Below, piece by piece: positions 11,057-21,865 of a stretch of 64,000 nt of DNA. The DNA is from an uncultured virus (IMG/VR IMGVR_UViG_3300042973_000010). Lineage: Duplodnaviria; Heunggongvirae; Uroviricota; Caudoviricetes. Below the pieces are notes generated by a model. It worked only from the letters and a program-made list of their open reading frames with translations, was not told where the DNA came from and searched no databases. The first letter of the stretch is position 1, and the number at the start of each line of letters is the position of its first letter. The position numbers and the translations under genes were made by a program. Where the stretch lies: the IMG/VR virus record IMGVR_UViG_3300042973_000010; one strand, given 5' to 3'.

Positions 11057-12322
11057 TTATACACCCGCCGTCGGAGAGGTCTCGACTTCCTTTGCCAGAG
11101 CGGAATAGAGGAGCTTTTCGCCGTTTCTTATTACATACACATTCTCCTCATCACCGGTATCCTCCACGTAGCGACGAAGGATGACAGAGGCGTACTTCGG
11201 ATCAAGCTCCATCATGTAGCAGATACGGTTTAACTGCTCACAGGCCATCAGTGTGGAACCGGAGCCGCCGAAGGTATCAATAACTACAGAATTCTCCTGA
11301 GAGGAGTTCTGGATGGGATAGCCCAGAAGATCGAGCGGCTTGCTGGTAGGGTGATCCTTATTGCGCTTTGGCTTATCGTAGTTCCAGATGGTGGTCTGCT
11401 TGCGGTCGGAATACCACGGGTGCTTGCCGTTTTGCAAAAAGCCGTAGAGCACAGGCTCGTGCTGCCATTGATAATCGGAGCGACCGAGCACGAGGCTGTT
11501 CTTTACCCAGATACACACACCGGCGAGGTGGAAGCCTGCGTCAATGAATGCCTTTCGGAACGTGAGCCCTTCGGTATCCGCATGGAAGCAGTAAGCGGCT
11601 CCGCCTTTTTCGAGGTGGTCAGCCATGTTCTTAAAAGCTGCCAGCAGGAACTTGTAAAATTCCTCGCCCTTGAGAGAGTCGTTCTGGATCGTAAGGCCGT
11701 CCGAGGCTTTGAAAGATACGCCGTAGGGCGGATCGGTCAGGACGAGATTTGCTTTCTTGCCGTCCATGAGCTTTTCCACATCTTCCGGCGAGGTGGCATC
11801 GCCACACATAACACGATGCCTGCCGACTGCCCAGATGTCGCCGGGCTCCACGAAGGAAGCCTTCTCAAGGGCAGCGGTGAGGTCAAAGTCATCATCGGCG
11901 ATGTCCTTTTCATTCCCAGTACCGAGCAGCTTATCCAGTTCACCGGCATCAAAGCCGAGGAGAGATAGGTCAAAGGACTGATCCTGCAGGTCAGATAATT
12001 CGACCGACAGCATTTCCTCATCCCAGCCTGCGTTGAGCGCCAGCTGATTGTCCGCAAGGATATACGCACGCTTTTGTGCTTCCGTCAGGTTCTCGGCAAA
12101 GACGCAGGGCACGGTTTCATATCCTTCCTCGCGGGCAGCCGTAACGCGACCGTGGCCGACGAGGATGTTATAATCTGCGTCAATGACCGCAGGACTCACA
12201 AAGCCGAACTCCCTGAGAGAAGCGCGGAGCTGTGCGATCTGTTCTTTGCCATGTGTCCGGGCATTCCGGGCATAGGGCACCAGCTTATCAATAGGTACCT
12301 GTTCCAATTTCTGTGTGTTCAT
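11057..12322 (-). CDS. ParB-like domain fused to N6-A/N4-C DNA methyltransferase
   Basis: PYARNARTH/GHGR N-terminus; DPPY, HPTSKP, DTFGGSGS. Confidence 0.92.
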   Translation of the reverse strand: MNTQKLEQVPIDKLVPYARNARTHGKEQIAQLRASLREFGFVSPAVIDADYNILVGHGRVTAAREEGYETVPCVFAENLTEAQKRAYILADNQLALNAGWDEEMLSVELSDLQDQSFDLSLLGFDAGELDKLLGTGNEKDIADDDFDLTAALEKASFVEPGDIWAVGRHRVMCGDATSPEDVEKLMDGKKANLVLTDPPYGVSFKASDGLTIQNDSLKGEEFYKFLLAAFKNMADHLEKGGAAYCFHADTEGLTFRKAFIDAGFHLAGVCIWVKNSLVLGRSDYQWQHEPVLYGFLQNGKHPWYSDRKQTTIWNYDKPKRNKDHPTSKPLDLLGYPIQNSSQENSVVIDTFGGSGSTLMACEQLNRICYMMELDPKYASVILRRYVEDTGDEENVYVIRNGEKLLYSALAKEVETSPTAGV

Positions 12323-12904
12323 TTACATATTCCTCCTGCTTCGAAGCAGCTGCTCCATCACGCTGTCCTGCGGGCTGCCCTCAAAGGGCTCGGTGCAGTT
12401 TTGCTTCACAATGTCGTAGATTTCATACCAGAGCAGGTTGGCCTGCTTCTGAAAGTTCATCAAAAGCTGTGTGAAAGGGCTCGCAATGGCAGCACCGGTA
12501 GTCGGGTGTTTTCCGAGCATGCCGTATTTGCTGACAGCTTCGGAGCACTGAATGTACCGGGCAAAGGCCTCAGAATAGCTTTCGAGCAGGCGCTTGTTTA
12601 CCAGCCTCTCGCAGCCGCGTTCCTTGAGCCACAGCCATGTTTCCTTATAGATTTCATCTGCGCCGAGGGGCTTGCCGTCCTTCTGCAGAGCAGAGAGGTA
12701 ATCGTCCGGACTCGGCATATCCATGCCTTCCAGTTCTACGCCGTCACCGATGTCGTCAACATCGAAGTCGGTCATGTCTTCTGTGAAGTCCGGCAGCTCC
12801 ATACGCTTTGCAGGTGCGCCTTTCATAATTTTGTCGGCGAGGGCGTCCGGCTTGGAGCCAGCTTTGACACGCCGCCCGCCGCGATAGGTTCCGTCTTTCG
12901 CCAT
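12323..12904 (-). CDS. Terminase small subunit (P27 family-like)
   Basis: MAKDGTYRGGRR start, KHPTTG...SPF; follows HNH gene. Confidence 0.82.
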   Translation of the reverse strand: MAKDGTYRGGRRVKAGSKPDALADKIMKGAPAKRMELPDFTEDMTDFDVDDIGDGVELEGMDMPSPDDYLSALQKDGKPLGADEIYKETWLWLKERGCERLVNKRLLESYSEAFARYIQCSEAVSKYGMLGKHPTTGAAIASPFTQLLMNFQKQANLLWYEIYDIVKQNCTEPFEGSPQDSVMEQLLRSRRNM

Positions 12905-12969
12905 GTCGATCACTTCCATTTCTGTGGTGCAGGGTTTAATACCCTGTTTGAATTGCAATTTTTGCGTAA

Positions 12970-13020
12970 AAGACCCCGCGCCGTTTTCCGGGGAAAAGGT
13001 CGTAGAGATTTTGACCGCCC
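12970..13020. other. Putative cos/packaging site of prophage L
   Basis: Between HNH and terS; 21-bp and 17-bp blocks identical to 58381..58432. Confidence 0.55.
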
Positions 13021-13367
13021 TACCGGTCGCCACGCTCGCGGTGAATCTTCTCGTGACACGAACAACAAAGACTCATAAGGTTGGACTCGTCATTCGATCC
13101 TCCCTCAGCAAGCGGCACGATGTGGTGGACTTCCTCGACCGCAACATAGCGTCCTTCCTTTAAGCACTGCTCACAAAGCGGGTGCTTGTGGACGTAGCGG
13201 TCACGGATTCGCTTCCAAGCTCTGCCGTAGCGCTTGCCGGGAGAGTAGCCGCGCTGGAACTTCTCGTAGTGCTGTTCCATAACCTTGGCATGTTCCTCAC
13301 AATAAACGCCATCCGTCAGGTGTGGGCATCCGGGATAACGGCACGGTCGTTGTGGTTTTCTTGGCAT
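13020..13367 (-). CDS. HNH endonuclease (packaging-associated)
   Basis: PLCEQC, VHHIVPL..GG, NLMSLC..CH. Confidence 0.92.
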   Translation of the reverse strand: MPRKPQRPCRYPGCPHLTDGVYCEEHAKVMEQHYEKFQRGYSPGKRYGRAWKRIRDRYVHKHPLCEQCLKEGRYVAVEEVHHIVPLAEGGSNDESNLMSLCCSCHEKIHRERGDR

Positions 13368-13465
13368 AGGCCGTGCCTCCTTTCAGGGCATAAAGAAAGC
13401 CCTGCAGGATAATCCCGCAAGGCTCGTGGGCTGCGCGTGCAGATGTATCTTTATTCTTTTCGCTG

Positions 13466-13525
13466 ATTATATACTATCATAATGGGCGGGTGGACATCTT
13501 AGGACAAAGCAGGACATTTCGGGCA
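13466..13525 (-). promoter_or_regulatory. Putative late promoter: 10-bp-phased TGTCC repeats plus TATAAT
   Basis: GGACA (+) at 13492, 13502, 13512; TATAAT (-) at 13466..13471; directly downstream of the activator gene. Confidence 0.65.
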
Positions 13526-13529
13526 CATT

Positions 13530-13958
13530 TCAAATAACAATCGGATCATCAGGAAGCGTTACATGAAGTAGTGCTTTGCCATGCCAGCGACGTATCGTTC
13601 TGGCATCTGCACAAAGCTCCATCCCGATCTGCTCCCATGTATAGTTATGGATGTAGCGGTACTTAAGTACCATACGCTCATCAGTGTCTGGAACTGCCTC
13701 AATGACCTCACGTATCTGCTTCTTAAGGTCTGATAGCATTTCCAGCTCACCGGCGATTTTCTTTTCCAGTGTCCACAGCTTCTCAAGCGTCCGGACAAAG
13801 GGAGCTTCCGTATTTCTGGAAGTCTGCACGCGATCTTTGTCATATTGGATAGCCGACACGCTGCCTGCCATTTCACGCAGGTTTTGTGCTTCCATCGTAT
13901 CGGATTTAATTCTCTGATCAAGACGGTAGGCCTGATGCAGATATTCTTTTATGGTCAT
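13530..13958 (-). CDS. RinA/ArpU/DUF1492-like late transcriptional activator
   Basis: KEYL..AYRLD start; LKYRYI...WEQI..EL....RTIRRWHGKAL HTH. Confidence 0.8.
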   Translation of the reverse strand: MTIKEYLHQAYRLDQRIKSDTMEAQNLREMAGSVSAIQYDKDRVQTSRNTEAPFVRTLEKLWTLEKKIAGELEMLSDLKKQIREVIEAVPDTDERMVLKYRYIHNYTWEQIGMELCADARTIRRWHGKALLHVTLPDDPIVI

Positions 13959-14182
13959 AGGACTTTTGCCTCCTCTCGTAGTTTTGTGATTAGGTACTCG
14001 CCGTCCACGCTCGTTAAGGTCTTGTACCAGCCGGAGCGGAAGAACCGCTCACATTCCATCGCATCCGCCATAGCTGCCTGATTGCTGGACTTCTTTTTCA
14101 GGCGCTTTAGGGCGTTGCGGTAATCCTTCACGGCCTGCAGCACGATGGCGTTGGCGAGATTTTCATACGGATCAGCCATCAC
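13955..14182 (-). CDS. Conserved phage hypothetical protein
   Basis: DPYENLANAIVLQAVKDYR; homologue 59381..59602. Confidence 0.8.
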   Translation of the reverse strand: MMADPYENLANAIVLQAVKDYRNALKRLKKKSSNQAAMADAMECERFFRSGWYKTLTSVDGEYLITKLREEAKVL

Positions 14183-15525
14183 ACCACCTCGGCCTTGACC
14201 GCGTCGATCAGTGCCGACTGCGTCATTTCTTTTTTGGTGAGTGCCCGCATGATCCGTTCATCAATGGTGCCTTTTGTGATGATGTGCTGGATCACCACAG
14301 TCCGGGATTCTTGCCCTTGCCTCCAGAGACGTGCGTTTGTCTGCTGGTACAGTTCCAGCGACCATGTGAGTCCAAACCATACAAGGGTGGAGCCTCCGGC
14401 CTGAAGGTTTAGGCCATGACCGGCAGAGGCCGGATGTATGACTGCTACAGGAATCTTTCCCGCATTCCAGTCAGCAATATCGCGGCTTGTCTTGATCTCC
14501 CGGACATTGAAGCGATTCTTGATGCGGGATAGGTCATGCCTGAACCAGTAGGCCACAAGGAGCGGTTTTTCATTGGCAGCCTCGATAATATCCTCTAAAG
14601 CGTCCAGCTTCCGGTCGTGAAATTCGATGATTTCACCGGTATCGGCATATATGGCACCGTTTGCCAGCTGGGAGAGCTTCCCAGTCAGCGACGCGGCATT
14701 GGCAGCAGTCACTTCACCGTCAGGGAGCTGTAATACGAACTCCTGCTTCAAATCCTCATAGCGGTTGCGCTCGGAATCGGAAAGCTGCACTTCATATTCG
14801 GTCGATACCAGCTCCGGCATCTTCAGGTGGTCGGTAGATTTCATGGAAATCGTGATATCCGAGATTCTCCGGTAAATGGCGTCCTCCGCATAGGGCAGCG
14901 GCTTATAGGAATAGATGATCTCGCCGTTTCGCTTGTCCGGCATGAAGTAATTTGTCCGGTACTGCGTGATAAAGCGTCCGAGACGCTCACCCATATCCAG
15001 CACCTTAAACTCTGCCCACAGATCCATGAGACCGTTAGAAGAAGGTGTGCCGGTCAGGCCGATAATCCGGTGAATCCGTGGTCGTACCTTCATCAGGGAC
15101 TTGAAGCGCTTGGATTTATGATTTTTAAAGGACGACAGCTCATCGATAATCACCATATCGAAGTCAAAGGGAAAGCTGGACTCGTCAATGAGCCACTGCA
15201 GGTTTTCACGGTTGATGATCGTGATATCCGCTTGCTGCATGAGGGCGGCTTTTCGCTCCTTCGGTGTCCCAACTGCGACCGCATAGGTAAGACCGCTAAG
15301 GTGCTCCCATTTCTGAATTTCCGCTGGCCATGTATCGCGGGCGACTCTTAAGGGAGCAACTACCAACACGCGGTGGACTTCGAAGCTGTCAAATAACAGG
15401 TCATTTACTGCCGTCAGGCTGATGATCGTCTTGCCAAGTCCCATGTCCAGCAGGACTGCGGCTACGGGATGCTTTTCGATGTATCGGATGGCATAGTCCT
15501 GATAATCATGTGGATTGAAGTTCAT
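14179..15525 (-). CDS. SNF2-family helicase
   Basis: DMGLGKT, IDELS, LTGTP, GLNLQ, ARLWRQGQ. Confidence 0.93.
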   Translation of the reverse strand: MNFNPHDYQDYAIRYIEKHPVAAVLLDMGLGKTIISLTAVNDLLFDSFEVHRVLVVAPLRVARDTWPAEIQKWEHLSGLTYAVAVGTPKERKAALMQQADITIINRENLQWLIDESSFPFDFDMVIIDELSSFKNHKSKRFKSLMKVRPRIHRIIGLTGTPSSNGLMDLWAEFKVLDMGERLGRFITQYRTNYFMPDKRNGEIIYSYKPLPYAEDAIYRRISDITISMKSTDHLKMPELVSTEYEVQLSDSERNRYEDLKQEFVLQLPDGEVTAANAASLTGKLSQLANGAIYADTGEIIEFHDRKLDALEDIIEAANEKPLLVAYWFRHDLSRIKNRFNVREIKTSRDIADWNAGKIPVAVIHPASAGHGLNLQAGGSTLVWFGLTWSLELYQQTNARLWRQGQESRTVVIQHIITKGTIDERIMRALTKKEMTQSALIDAVKAEVV

Positions 15526-15787
15526 CGATCATCCCTCCAATCTGCTCCGGATCGTCAATGACATAGACCGCGAAGCCAAGCTCCCGCAGCAGCCTGTGGC
15601 GTGAGAGCTGGAGCGAGCGTGGCTTTTTGCCGGGAGCCTTCAGCTCTGCGAAACCGATATGGCCGTCAGGGAGTAAGATCAGGCGGTCGGGCATTCCTGC
15701 GAAAGAGGGACACACCAGCTTAAGCGCAATGCCGCCATGTTTTTTCACCGCCGCCGTTAACTTGTTTTCTATCTGTTTTTCTATCAT
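15506..15787 (-). CDS. VRR-NUC nuclease
   Basis: GMPDRL...FAELKAPGKKPR.LQ. Confidence 0.9.
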   Translation of the reverse strand: MIEKQIENKLTAAVKKHGGIALKLVCPSFAGMPDRLILLPDGHIGFAELKAPGKKPRSLQLSRHRLLRELGFAVYVIDDPEQIGGMIDELQST

Positions 15788-15824
15788 TGCAAACCTCCGT
15801 CAGGTGCGAATTTCAGGGGATGTG

Positions 15825-15915
15825 CAAGGTGTATCAATGGGATTTACTGAACTTTTTCTTAGAGCTATTTTTTAAGGCCTAAGAGAGTTTTTATATAAGA
15901 CCTTGATACACCTTG
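15825..15915. other. Putative replication origin (13-bp inverted repeat around an AT-rich core)
   Basis: CAAGGTGTATCAA at 15825 and TTGATACACCTTG at 15903, directly downstream of primase. Confidence 0.5.
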
Positions 15916-15928
15916 TCATAGTCCCGGA

Positions 15929-18205
15929 TTACTGCAGAAAATCTTCCTCTGCGCCGCCCACCTCATGAATCTTTAAGCCCTTAAAATAGCGCTTCCGATT
16001 CAGTGTCAGCCGCTCGAATCCGGCTTTCTCCAGCGCAAAGTAAAAGTCTGCCGTGCTGCGCACATACTCATTGCAGTCCAGTGAGTAGTTGCGGTATGCC
16101 TGATAAAGTGCCGAGGAGCTTTCCTTAAAGGACTCATCCACATCGCACTTCTCGTCCAGAAAATGTCCGAACCAGTCGTTCTGGCTGCGATATTCATCGA
16201 TGGCCTTCGTCACGCAGTCCGGTACCGGAATCTGGTAGTCCAGCGCAATGACTTTTTTAGCACCTTCGATGATCCATGCCAGTATGCTTTCACCGGCATT
16301 TTCATACAGGTACTCACCGTAATTTTTGATGTCGGCCTTGCCCTCGATCTTGGCGTTGAACGGAATCACGATAAGCCTGCGCCAGATACCGTCATCGGAG
16401 GCGGAGACGCGAGGCAGGTGGTTCGTATATAGAACCAGCGTGTGGCAGGGCTTGAAGGAAAACGGGTCTTTATACTTTTTCTCCGCAAATACATCGTCCG
16501 TAGAGCAGAGCTGCTTGACGGTGGAGTCGTTGAGCCTTGCGCCTTCCTGCATTTCCGCAGCGATCAGCAGGCGTTTGCCTTTGACCTCAGCCATTTCCGG
16601 TTTGATGTTCCTGCGGCAGCCGACAGTCAGGGTGTCTGCGGATATATTTCCGCTGTAGAGTCCCAGCACGCGGGAGATGGCATTCCAGAAGGTGGATTTG
16701 CCGTTACGTCCATCGCCGTATGCGATGATGAGCGCCTCCACAAAAACTTTCCCGATAGCAGCAAGGCCGCAGATCATCTGTACATAGTCGATAAGCTGCT
16801 GATCCTTCTGAAAAATCAGATCCAGATTATCCTGCCAGAGCTGCGCTCCTTTACTTCCGGGTGACACGGACGTGATTTTCGTAATAAAGTCATCTGCTGA
16901 GTGCTCGCGGGCTCCGGCCATACCTTTACGAAGGTCGTAGGTCGCCTCCGGTGTGCAGAGCAGGAAGCAGTCCGCGTCTAGATCCCTTGGCGAGATTTCC
17001 AGCATCGGGTGCGTCTCTTTGAGGGTAGATGTAATGTTCTTGGAGTCGCGTCTACGGACGGCAAAGCTCTGGTAGGCCTTTGCAGGCAAGGAACTCCTGA
17101 TAGGCCTCCATCTGCTCGTCGCTCATCAGCTGTTCAGCTTTGGCCTTGGATGTGTTATCGAGTATTTCCTGCGCACCACAGTTTTTGAGCTTCTGCAGAG
17201 CCTCCATCATATTGCGATTGGCTTCTGCGAGCTGCCTGCGGGTGAGTTCATGAGCGACAGGCCTGTGCGCCGGGCTCTGTTTCCTGCCAGTAGTGATCGC
17301 TGTATCGGATAAAGTGTGTGGCTGGTGAGTAGCGCAGCTCGTTTGCAAAATACTTCGAGAGCACCTCGGCCTGTCCCGACGTCGGAAAAGTCCTCCGGCT
17401 TATAGCTGTTCTCTTCGTTATAGACTTCCGGAGGGACATATCCGTCCTCTCGGCTGATCTTGGAGTAAAAGCGCTGGGCGCTGTGCCAGATTGTACTAAG
17501 CTCGCTGTTATCCAGAGGCGGTACGCAGGTCGCGGCCTTTTCCAGAAAACTTTGGTAGGCTTTTTCCGTATCGCCGTATTTCTTTATGACGATACCGGCA
17601 AAGCGGGACATGGTAGCGTTGCGGCTTCCTTCCGGTATCACAACGTCTTTCTCGTGGCCACCGGGCAGGTCTGCATCGAACTCATCGTCATTCAAAAATT
17701 CCGTGAGGTTCATGCGACCGGGATAGAGCTCCACATTCGGCTCCTGTGTTCCGAAGAAGAAACGAGCAGCATCCAATGCCTTCGTATCGAAATACGGAAA
17801 TATGGAATTGACCAGCTTCTTCATATCGCTATAGAGGGCAGCATCCGTTACCCGGTCGATGGGAAAGAGCACATGGAACTTTGGCCTTGCCGGTTTGCCG
17901 TTTTTCTCGCGCTGATTAAAGCGGCTGTAATGGATGGCGAGGCTTACTCCCGGAAATGCCTCCAGCACGTCTGCCGGTGTGATCCAGTCTTTCGGATCTT
18001 CTGAATGGTCATTATCACAGTCCACGGGAAGACAGTCAGCGGAGAGGAAGTTGTCACTGTTGCGGTAGTGGTTTTTGTACTCCGCGCACACATAGTCGTG
18101 ACCGACTGCGTCTCTCATGCTGTCCGTATTCATGACAACGGTCTTATGCGGATAGGAGCAGTTTCCGGGATTGCCGATAAAATCGGCGCTAAACAGGGTA
18201 AACAT
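15929..18205 (-). CDS. P4-family primase-helicase (primase, PriCT, D5-like ATPase), split by apparent indels at 17050-17380
   Basis: DCDND primase motif, EGSRN PriCT, GDGRNGKST Walker A; C-terminus matches 63121..63981. Confidence 0.9.
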
Positions 18206-18534
18206 CAGTCGTACACCTCCTCCGATTCTTCTTCCAGCACCTTCGTGATAAATTTCAGGGCGCGGATCATAGTTTCCAGTTCGCAGTCGCCGCCGAGGGT
18301 AACTTCAAAACCGTTGCAGCCGAATCTGTCCATGAAAGGTGTGACATGGATATCTGTGCTGGCTTCATCGGAAATGCGGAAATAGGTGCGTCCGCCGTGG
18401 CCGGTGTCGCCACCTTTGTAGCCGGTTGTTCCGGCTTCGACCTGCAGGATATTGGCACTTACAACATCGCGGGTGTAGGTAGTGATCTCAGTGCCATCGA
18501 AAAGCTCTCTGCGATTTTCTTTAATTTCATACAT
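18205..18534 (-). CDS. Phage hypothetical protein
   Basis: 109-aa ORF with GGAGG RBS, coupled to primase. Confidence 0.72.
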   Translation of the reverse strand: MYEIKENRRELFDGTEITTYTRDVVSANILQVEAGTTGYKGGDTGHGGRTYFRISDEASTDIHVTPFMDRFGCNGFEVTLGGDCELETMIRALKFITKVLEEESEEVYD

Positions 18535-18538
18535 AGCG

Positions 18539-18913
18539 TTAGACCTCCTGACATTCTTCTGTGAAATAGCGCAAGTGATAGCCCTTCCACTTGGCGCGTT
18601 TGATTTCTGCTTCCATACCGGATGAGATGCGGCTGCCGAATACCCAGACCTCAGCGCACTTGCTCATGATGGCATTTCCGAAGAAAAGACCAAGCTCACG
18701 TTCATCCGGATTGTCATCATCAAGGAACTGCGGAAATAGCAGGTGCGGTGCGATAGGAATATATCCCTTGTCCACGGCATACCGACTGTAGCGTCTGGCG
18801 TTGGCTACGTTTGTCTCCACATCTCCGGAAAACGGAGAGCAGATGTAGACGATAGGCCGGAAAGCACGAAGGGACTGCTTTTCATTTGCAGCAATCCGGG
18901 AGAGTCGCTTCAC
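18539..18913 (-). CDS. DUF4406/nucleoside deoxyribosyltransferase-like protein (true start probably ~18960)
   Basis: VYICSPFSG, APHL, C.EVWVFG..IS.GM..EI. Confidence 0.75.
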   Translation of the reverse strand: MKRLSRIAANEKQSLRAFRPIVYICSPFSGDVETNVANARRYSRYAVDKGYIPIAPHLLFPQFLDDDNPDERELGLFFGNAIMSKCAEVWVFGSRISSGMEAEIKRAKWKGYHLRYFTEECQEV

Positions 18914-19006
18914 CTGCGGTTGGGTCAGAGCCTTCGCTGTTGCGATAATCGTTACTCACTCGAAAGTCCTCCTTTCCGGGCAGACTTAAAGGCGTCCACC
19001 TCCAAT

Positions 19007-19039
19007 TTCCACTGGAGATGAACGCCTGATTTGAGCGGA
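19007..19039 (-). promoter_or_regulatory. Putative phage-sigma promoter TCCGCTCAAA-N11-TCTCCAGTGGAA
   Basis: Same boxes and spacing at 23504 and 35826. Confidence 0.7.
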
Positions 19040-19045
19040 CGATTT

Positions 19046-21045
19046 TTAATCTTTTTTGTAGAAGGGCGTGGACGTAACCGTCAGCGCGGAGCTTTCAGGC
19101 CTTTTGCCCACGGCGGAGTCCTGCCCATCTGTTCACAGAGAACATCAAGAGACATACGAGAGTCTGCTTCGATAACCAGTTCGTCGTGGATATGCATGAC
19201 GATGGAGCAGCAGCGCAGGGTCTTCATGGCATAGCAGAGAATGTCGCGGGAGGTTGCCTGCACGATATTTTCCACGAATTTCGGCCCGTATGAATCGAGC
19301 CGTTCCCATTTTTTCGTGCTGCCGATGCCCTCATAGGTGATACACTCGCCGCCGAATTTATTCGTGCCGACCTTTGGCTTTACATAGGCGAGGTTCCGTC
19401 CGGAGGGCAGCGTAATAAAGAGCATCCCGGAGCGGCAGGAGAAGGTAAGACCGTAGCTGCTGGTTGTGTGTTTATACTTCACAGCCTCCATGACAGCGCG
19501 GTCGACATCCCACCAGAATTTTACGATGTTGGGATTTGTCTGCCGCCATGCGTCCACCAGCGGAGGAAGCTCATCCTCGGAAAGTCCCATCTCTATAGCG
19601 CCCATTGCCTTTAAGGCACCGACCGAGCCGCCATAGCCGAGCGCGAGTTCCGCGATTTTGCCCTTTTGGCGCAGATGGCCGTTAATGCCATGTTTCTCAA
19701 CCGGAACATGGAACATCTGACTGGCACTGGCGCAGTAGATGTCACCTCCGGTTTCAAAGACCTTTTGACGCCACGTCTCACCGGCATACCACGCGATGAC
19801 TCTTGCTTCGATGGCGCTGAAGTCGGAAACATAAAACTGCGTACCGTCCTTCGGGATAAATGCTGTCCGGATCAGCTGAGAGAGGGTGTCCGGGACGTCT
19901 TCATATAGAAGCTTCACGGCATCGAAGTCGCCGGACTTCACAAGAGCACGGGCATCAGCCAGATCCGGGAGATGATTTTGCGGGAGGTTTTGCAATTGTA
20001 TAAGTCTGCCAGCCCAGCGCCCGGTACGGTTGGCTCCGTAAAATGCGAACATGCCGCGAGCCCTGCCGTCATCACAGACCGCTCGCTCCATCGTCTGGTA
20101 TTTCTTGACGGAGGATTTGGCAAGCTGCTGTCTAAGCTCCAGAACGGTCTGGAGCTCCGGAGGAGCAGTTTTAATAAGCTCTGCCACGACTTTCTTTCCA
20201 AGACTGTCAGTTTCGAGACCGTTGTCAGAGAGCCACTGTTTCATTTGCTGGACGGAGTTTGGGTTATCAAGTGCTGTCATATCTTTCATGGCAGCAGTCA
20301 GTTCTGACCGGGAGCGTGAGTCCATTTCGATGGCTTCCTTTACAAGATCCATGTCGAGCCGGACACCTCTGTCGTTGATTTCCTGATCGATGTGATATTC
20401 ATCCCAGACCTCCTCCGGTACGGGGAATTTGGCAAGACGATCTTTAATGCCGATCTCGGTTTCCACATCACGGATGTTATATTTTTTGAAGGCCTCCCAC
20501 TTGTCCGGTGCATGGAAAGGGTGGTTCCTCGTGCGACCGCCATTGGCCTTTGTCGGAGCACAGGGCACGGAGAAGTATTTGATCAGGTCTTTGCCTTCCG
20601 TGAGCTTCTGCTTTTCGAGGCCAAGGACGGCACCGACACCTTCCAGAGAAAGCGGAAGTCCCATTGTGGCCGCCCAGACCATAGAGCAGCGCCAGCTTTC
20701 TGAATTTAAAAATCGTGCGCATTCGGTCGAGAGAGGATGGTTATCACGGAAGGGATCAAGGCTTACTCCAAGATCACGGAGATACCGGGATAAGCACACC
20801 CGTTCAAAATTTGCATTGAAAGCCCATTTGATGACAGTATCATCAGTTAGGGCTTCTATGATTTCCTTCGGCAGGCGTTCTCCCTGTGCAAGGTCAATAA
20901 CCTGGACTTCATTTCCATCAAAGGAATAACCGAAGAGCAGAATCTCAAAGTTCGGAGATTCCGTGTATTTATAAACGCCGCACTTTGCCAGATTTACGTC
21001 GCTGTAGGTTTCAATATCGATACTGAGTGTTTTCATGGATTTCAC
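19046..21045 (-). CDS. Family A DNA polymerase (last codons disturbed by two apparent insertions)
   Basis: IDIETYS exonuclease, RTGRWAG, DFSAIEARV, KIAELALGYG, HIHDE. Confidence 0.93.
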
Positions 21046-21093
21046 CTCAATTCAAACAAGCGGCAGAGATTGCTCCCTGCCGCCTGCGTTGTG

Positions 21094-21279
21094 TTAGTTG
21101 TCAGAGTCCTTTTTGACTTTTGCTTCCTTGTCTTTCTTAGCAAGACGCTTTTTCTCATGCCTGTCTTCAATCCAAAACTTGATGGAGAGGAAAACACCGC
21201 TGATTAAAAAGCCTACCGTAGCTCCGAAGCAGACCGCTCCGAAGCAGACCGAGAGCATCATTGACTGATATGTTGTCAT
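21094..21279 (-). CDS. Small single-TM protein with basic tail
   Basis: Hydrophobic residues ~8-37 then a K-rich tail; RBS present; followed by a hairpin. Confidence 0.55.
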   Translation of the reverse strand: MTTYQSMMLSVCFGAVCFGATVGFLISGVFLSIKFWIEDRHEKKRLAKKDKEAKVKKDSDN

Positions 21280-21292
21280 GGTCGCGCCTTCC

Positions 21293-21865
21293 TTAATTCA
21301 GAAAGTCTTCATCGTCTTCAGTGACGAAGTCAGACTCAGCACTTGCCTTGCCGCCGAGAGGCTCACCGTCACGGATCTTCTGCAGGTTGTTGAGCCCGCA
21401 GGCGATTCCCTTGTTGCCGGAAGAGTTGAAAGCATAAAACGTGATGCTGGCTCTGCCGTACACGCCGCTGTACACTTCGGAGCGGGTGAGAATCGGATTA
21501 AGGTCTGCGTCCACAATGCCGGGTGCAGAGGTTGCATTGGCGTTGACGAAGTAGGCGTTCTTGTAAGCTTCGTCGTCCGGACGTTCTGCATCGCCGTCAC
21601 GCAGAGGAGTCTTCAAAACAGAGAGCGCCGGTACGGACTTGCCGTTGCCCTTGAGCTTGGCCTCGCCCTCCTTGTAGGCAGCTTCGATAGCAGCCTGAAT
21701 CTTGGCGATGGTCTTGGTGTCGGACTTCGGAATGATGAGGCTCACGCTGTACTTGGGCGTGCCGCCATTGATGGACTTCGGCTCCCAGACGTTTGCGTAG
21801 CTCCAGCGGGTGTCAACACCGGTGATAACCTTCATGGGATTGCTGATTTTTACATTTTTACTCAT
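21293..21865 (-). CDS. DUF2815-type ssDNA-binding protein
   Basis: RWSYANVWEP, YSGVYGRAS, GLNNLQKIRDGEPLGG, acidic C-terminus. Confidence 0.88.
   Translation of the reverse strand: MSKNVKISNPMKVITGVDTRWSYANVWEPKSINGGTPKYSVSLIIPKSDTKTIAKIQAAIEAAYKEGEAKLKGNGKSVPALSVLKTPLRDGDAERPDDEAYKNAYFVNANATSAPGIVDADLNPILTRSEVYSGVYGRASITFYAFNSSGNKGIACGLNNLQKIRDGEPLGGKASAESDFVTEDDEDFLN

Noticed and set aside
11057..12322. Methyltransferase as part of a restriction-modification system
   Set aside because: No adjacent endonuclease; it is an orphan enzyme conserved in both packaging regions
139..19100. Many frameshifts in L (TMP, chaperone, major tail, capsid, primase, polymerase end) read as prophage decay or recoding
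   Set aside because: They look like scattered small indels, the flanking protein is otherwise conserved, and R homologues are intact where visible. Long-read consensus error is the simpler explanation; decay cannot be excluded without reads.
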